64,000 nt of DNA from Rebecca billardiae RCC1528 (taxonomy: Eukaryota > Protista > Haptophyta): positions 1,736,001 through 1,800,000 of the forward strand of contig OZ251232.1 in the NCBI GenBank assembly GCA_965240325.2, written 5' to 3'. Shown piece by piece: positions 58,575-64,000 of this stretch (its first letter is position 1; each line of letters starts with the position of its first letter). The notes beneath the pieces are model-generated. The model was not told the DNA's origin. It made no database searches and saw nothing but the letters and a program-made list of their open reading frames with translations. The position numbers and the translations under genes were made by a program.

Positions 58575-61236
58575 TACACGAAGGCGATCATCGTGCGCGT
58601 GCCCAGCGACGGCCAGATCGTCCCGGACATGTTCATCATCTCGCACCACGTGCGCTTCGACGAGGACACGCTCTACATCGACCACCCCGACGCCGCTCAC
58701 ATCGCGCGCGACCCGCTCGCCGCCGTGCCGCAGCTGCCGCCGACGCCGCCGCCGCTCGATCTCCATGCTGACGATGTGGGTAATGGGGGAAGTTTCCATG
58801 GCGCCGTCCGGCGCCGCGATGGCGCTGACGCATCGGACACGCTGAGCGGTGGGGGACGCACCGCACGCCTACGTCGGAGACGCTGACGACGACGCCGCCG
58901 GCGCCGAGGACTCCCTCGATGTCGGCAACGCGCTCAACGACGACGACCCGCCCTCATCTCGCACGCGCGCGCGCGCGCACGTCAACTCGGTCGCGTCGCC
59001 GACTTACTCCAAGCTGCCGCGCATCTACGCGCTCCTGCTCGCCATCGGACTCTCGGACACGCCGACGGCGGTGCAAGCACTCAACGGCCCGCATGCGACG
59101 CAGTTCGCCGCCGCTCTCGACGCCGAGTACGCCTCCATCCTGGCCAACAACACGTGGGTGGAGGTGCCGCGCAAGCCGGGGATGCGCACGCTGAAGGCGG
59201 CGCCCGTGTTCAACATCAAGCGCGACAAGAAGGGCAACATCAAGCGGTTCAAGACCCGCGTCGTGGGCAAGGGCTTCACGCAGATCGAGGGCATCGACTA
59301 CGACGAGACCTTCTCCTCGGTCGTCCGCTACGAGACCCTCAAGATGATCATCGCCATCGCCGCGGCCAAGCAGCGCCGCCTCTTCCACGGCAACTTCACG
59401 ACGGCGTACCTCAACGCGCCGATCGACTACGAGATCTACCTCGAGCTGCCGCTCGGGTACAAGCCGAAAATGAAGGGCGACGTCGTGCTGCGCCTCCTCA
59501 AGAGCCTCTACGGTCTCAAGCAGTCCGGCCGCAACTGGCGTCTCATGATCGACGACTGGATGAAGGAGTACGGGTTCGCGCAGAGCCAGGCCGACCCGTG
59601 CCTCTATGTCCTCAACACGCAGTCGGGCATCATCGCCGTGTGCATCTACGTGGACGACATGCTCATCCTCGACGACAGCGACGACCCGACCGCCTGCGAC
59701 AACTTCATCTCGAAGATCACATCCTCGTACAAGATGACCATCACGGCCGACATCGACGGCTACCTGTCGGCCACGCTCACGCGCTCCAAGGACGGCATCA
59801 TGGTGACCGTCACCAAGAATATCCTCGAGCTCCTCGAGAAGACGGGCTTCATGAACTGCAACACGTCCGACACGCCGATGACCGAGGGCCTCAAGCTCGG
59901 CCCGTGCTCCGAGTCAGACGCGCTCGACGCGGAGACGACGACGTTCTTCCGCTCCGTGGTCGGCTCGCTCATCCACATCACGCAGTTTCGCCCGGACATC
60001 GCCTACGCCGTCGGGACGCTCACCCACTTCATGTCCAAGCCGGGCAAGAAGCACCTCGAGGCTGCCTAGCGCGTCATCCGCTACCTCGCCGGCACGCCGA
60101 ACCACGGCCTCTTCTTCCGCTCGGGCTCAGACGTCACGCTCATCGCGTACGTGGACGCCGACTACGCCAACGACCTCCACGACGAGCGCAAGTCTGTCAC
60201 CGGCTACGTGATGCACCTCTGCGGCTCGACGGTGAGCGGCCGCCGCGAGAAGCAGCGCACGACGGCTCTGAGCTCGACCGAAGCTGAGTACATGGCCGTC
60301 ACCTCCGCCGGCAAGGAGATCATCTTCATGCGCAAGCTGCTCACCGACCTCGGCTACCCGCAGCTCGCGCCGACCAAGCTCTTTGAGGACAACAAGGCGG
60401 TGGTGGACCTTACGGACAACGAGAAGTACCACAACCGCACCAAGCACATCGGCGTCCAGTACCACTGGAACCGTCAGCACGCCCGCGCCGGCACCTTCAA
60501 GCTCTTCTTGATCCCCGGCACCGAGAACCCGGCCGACATCATGACCAAGCCGCTCGGCCCGGCCGCCTTCCTCAAACTTCGTGCTCAGCTCCTGGGCATG
60601 TAAGGCCTCGCCGCACACACGAAGTCCCAGTGCTACATCGGTCGCCGCTCGTCGGACGCACATTGACCTCACGCTGTCTCTTCTGAACGGAGACGCTGCC
60701 GGCACCGACTCGCCCGACTTCTACATCGTCTTCTCGGACACCCGCTCCGACGCATGCATCCCATACGGCAACATCGCATCATATCTACACTCACACGATG
60801 GTCACACGTCTACACCCAGTCCCTTCGGGTCGACCAGGTTTCGTACGACCACCGCTGCGATTGGGTGGGGGTGTCAAGATCCGACGTTACCCGGACTCGC
60901 TCTCCAGTCCATACGCACCCGGATCACCAACCGTCACAGGACACTATGCATATGCCGACTTTCATTATCAGCCTCGGCATGGCCTACGCGCTCCATCTTG
61001 GTTATTACTTTCCCGACTTACGTACCCGTTGATGGATATCAGAGCCTTTCACACGGTCCTATAGACTTGTCGGATTCCTTCCTAGCCAGAGTCCCCGGTT
61101 CAGTTCCATACCGGCCGTTATTTCATATTATTACTCCATCTGTCGACCTCCGTCCCTCGCCGACGAGCCTCGTCAGCCGTCACGCCTCCGGGGCCTCACG
61201 GGGACACGGCCCCGTCGCTCTCTTCACCCTTTGACA
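58575..61236 (+). mobile_element. 5'-truncated Copia remnant, copy 2 (LTR 60872-61236)
   Basis: Same breakpoint, frameshift and TAG (60067-60069) as copy 1, plus HGDF>HGNF in RT. Confidence 0.95.
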
Positions 61237-63379
61237 CCCCGCCATGCCAGGCTACTCGTACCGAAGGCGTCGTCGTACGCCGAATGGACTCTGGCCAGCT
61301 GGATGGTCGCGGCGCGCGGCGTCGTGGAGTGGACGACCACGATGCTGATCATGGAACGACCAGGTTAGCTATGTCGTTGCCTGTTGTCGGATTGGATATA
61401 ATTCGACCAGCAAACTCAGTTATTTTTGACGAGTGTATATTCAGTGGCGTTATCTTCATGATACTCACACGTGTGCCGTAGTGACCACTTATACTCAATA
61501 CACTTACACACTGTCGCGTGTGTACGATGAAATACACACCGTCGATGTCATGTGTATGGGATACACAGCAGTGTGTATGAGAATACACACACTGGCGGTG
61601 TGTATGATGGATACACACCAGTGAGGGAGAATACACACTGATGGGGTGCCTATGAAATGCACACGCGTGGTGATTGGCATGACACACTTGCTGATGCACA
61701 CCTAGCACTACTACACACCAGTCGATGAGCTACCGCTCCGTGGTGCTCCGGCCCGGGCGCGGACGCGAGTCCGCGCCCCGAAGCGCCTGCGTCGGCCGCA
61801 TGACGGACGATGCGCATGCATCTGGCTTTGCCCGAAGTGGAGGCGGCGCACGCCACCAAGGCGCCAAGGCGCCAACACGTGCCGTGCGAAAGCTGGACCG
61901 AGGTTACTCCGAGTCCGAGCTCCTGTCGCAGGACGGATCGGGTCAATGGTGAGGGCCGTTGCACGCACTTCCGCGATATTGTGAGCTCGGTTCGCGCACA
62001 TCCTCCTCGGCATGCACAGCGGCTTTGGCATGCGCTGCGCGCACATGAACGCGACCTCCGCTGGCGGGGTGTCTGCACCGAGCACAAGGACGGCAAGGTC
62101 AGCGTGCTCATCACATGCCAAGACGACGAGTCGTCGTATCAAGCGGCGCGTCGCAGTCGTCTGCAGTCGTCCCGACAGCGCCAACGTGTCCTCGGCTTGC
62201 TCACCACCGTTGTCCCTGAGGGCCTTGCGCATCACACGTGGCGCATCCCTCAGCGACGCTCTGGTGTCGTCGAGCTTCGCGAAGGGCTCTTGTCCGCACA
62301 AGCGGCCTGGAGTCGTGCCTCTGCGGCTGCAATCGCCTCTTCAGGCCGCAACACGCGGTTGTCCAGCTGAAATTGCGACGGGGCGTTGCTCAGGAGGTCC
62401 GCCCAGTCGCTGGCGGCGCTGCCTGTCGCCATCGCCGCGCGCCCGGGCTCACGCCCACCGGCCGCGCCCGCTGGCTGGGTGTGTAATGGTGCTGTGCCGA
62501 TTCGAGTGTGTAGCCGAAGAACTTCGTACACACTGATGTTCATTTTCGTTCACACCTGGGTACACACCAAATGTGCCCATACACACCATTTACACTCCAG
62601 TTTTCACGCAGTGTATGCAAATAACTGAATACACTCGCGTCAAAAAATAATAACTGAATTTGGTCGTGGGGTGGCTCCGTTGGGATTTGAGCAACGAACG
62701 ATGCCAACGGGCGCTGGCAGCCGGGCGTGGCGGTTGAGCTGCTGCCCGAGGTCGAGAGGGCGCCCGCGAGTCATCAGTCACTGAGCAAGGTCGATTAAGT
62801 CTGACGATGGCTCGCTGACACTGAAGTGCTCCATAGATAGACCATATCCGCCAGAGGCCGAGGGTGGGCCGGGCCCGGGGCGGGCAATAAATAAACGATG
62901 AAGCGTGATGCGGGTTGACGCGACAGCGGCGAGAGCAAGAGACCATTGCATGAGGGGCGACGCGGGCGAAGACAGATGATGTCGTCGCGCCGCCGAACGA
63001 TCAGGCGGGGAGCCGGGCCACACAGACAGCCAGCGACCTTACCGAGCAGAGCGGGGCTGTGGCGACTGCGGTGCACCTCCTGCAGCGGAGAGTGCACCCG
63101 GCAGTGCCCGATGCAGGCGATCCCCCTGCCCAGCTCGGCGCCTTCGTCGTGAGCAGCCCCATGGCGCCCCCGAGAGCGAAGCCTGATCGATCCGATAAGT
63201 CGTAGCGGTAATCAACCGAGTCCTGCAGGTGCGTCGCTGTGGGCCAGATTGGCCAGCGCACCAGGACTCCTGCGCGCGGCGGTGCGCGCGGGACAACGCA
63301 GCAGGAATGCCATGCAAGCGCCGGATTCTTGGCGTCGTCGCTCATAGACACTCAGGTATGGGTTCCCTATAACGCCACA
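61237..63379 (-). mobile_element. Family-Y LTR-like repeat with nested TIR-like insertion (61380-62677), copy 2
   Basis: Duplicate of 34415-36557. Confidence 0.8.
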
Positions 63380-63722
63380 TATTATACGACTTAATGACGT
63401 GACAGTAATGTCAGTATGCTGAACGGGCAGGCGTCAGAGTCAGCAAGCTACGGTAGCCAGCAGATCGAGCAGCAGAGACAAACACCATTACACCAGGATC
63501 AGCGCTCCTCGCCGTCCTCGTCCCCCCCCCCCCCTTGTACTTGTAGTCGCCCATCATCACTCCATCATCGCCGAGCGGAAGCTCGACGCACCGTCTGGCG
63601 TCGACACACGCGCGCCACCGTGGTGGTCGCGGTGGCCACTCGCGTCGTCAGCCGTCGTCTCGAAGTAGTCGACAGTAGCCTGCTTATTAATCATTATTAT
63701 ACTGTACGTATATACGACTCTC

Positions 63723-63756
<34 letters not shown>

Positions 63757-63767
63757 ACTCTCTCTTA

Positions 63768-63798
<31 letters not shown>

Positions 63799-64000
63799 GT
63801 CAGACTCTGACTCTCAATATCTGCCGTACTGCGTCGGCCGCTCCGAGCGGCGATGACTGATGCGTCTGACTGAGTTAGCTCGGTCCTACCGCCTGTAGTA
63901 TTACTGTCCGCCAGCCGCGGCATCATTATCAATTACATGCGGTCGTCTACTACAATACACTAGCGGCTAGTAGTAGCTACCCTCCGTCAGCAATCATCAG

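Larger units (their letters stand above)
55753..64000 (+). repeat. Segmental duplication, copy 2 (continues past the window end)
   Basis: Matches 28927-37181. Confidence 0.97.

Overview
GC-rich eukaryotic nuclear DNA with short GC-rich GT-AG introns and one bipartite (signal peptide + F) plastid-targeted protein; by inference an alga with a secondary red plastid, haptophyte-like. Positions 1-25.4 kb are a compact gene-rich block: Patched/NPC1-type sterol-sensing protein, pirin, SAM methyltransferase, an internally deleted pogo-like transposon, Zucchini/PLD6-like HKD enzyme with an IQ motif, a PsbP-like lipid-anchored protein, a 2x cNMP-binding protein, an SGNH hydrolase, a small plastid membrane protein, RRP6, and a cyclophilin-like/PAN fusion. 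Positions 25.6-64 kb are repeat-rich. They hold (i) a >=8.2-kb direct duplication (offset ~26.82 kb) of a degenerate 3'-5' exonuclease/Ycf45-like ATPase fusion gene, a dead Copia remnant and nested TEs, and (ii) a 14,045-bp foldback element (37864-51908) with CAA...TTG ends, a 7-bp TSD and multi-kb inverted arms containing 214-bp satellite arrays. The centre of the foldback holds a ~925-nt non-coding segment with nested 13-18-bp helices and + strand G-U pairs (candidate large structured RNA) and a cargo-swapping element with a terminal hairpin. A 4-exon orphan secreted or membrane-anchored protein gene lies at 52.6-54.4 kb. All homology calls are from motif recognition by eye; no searches were run.
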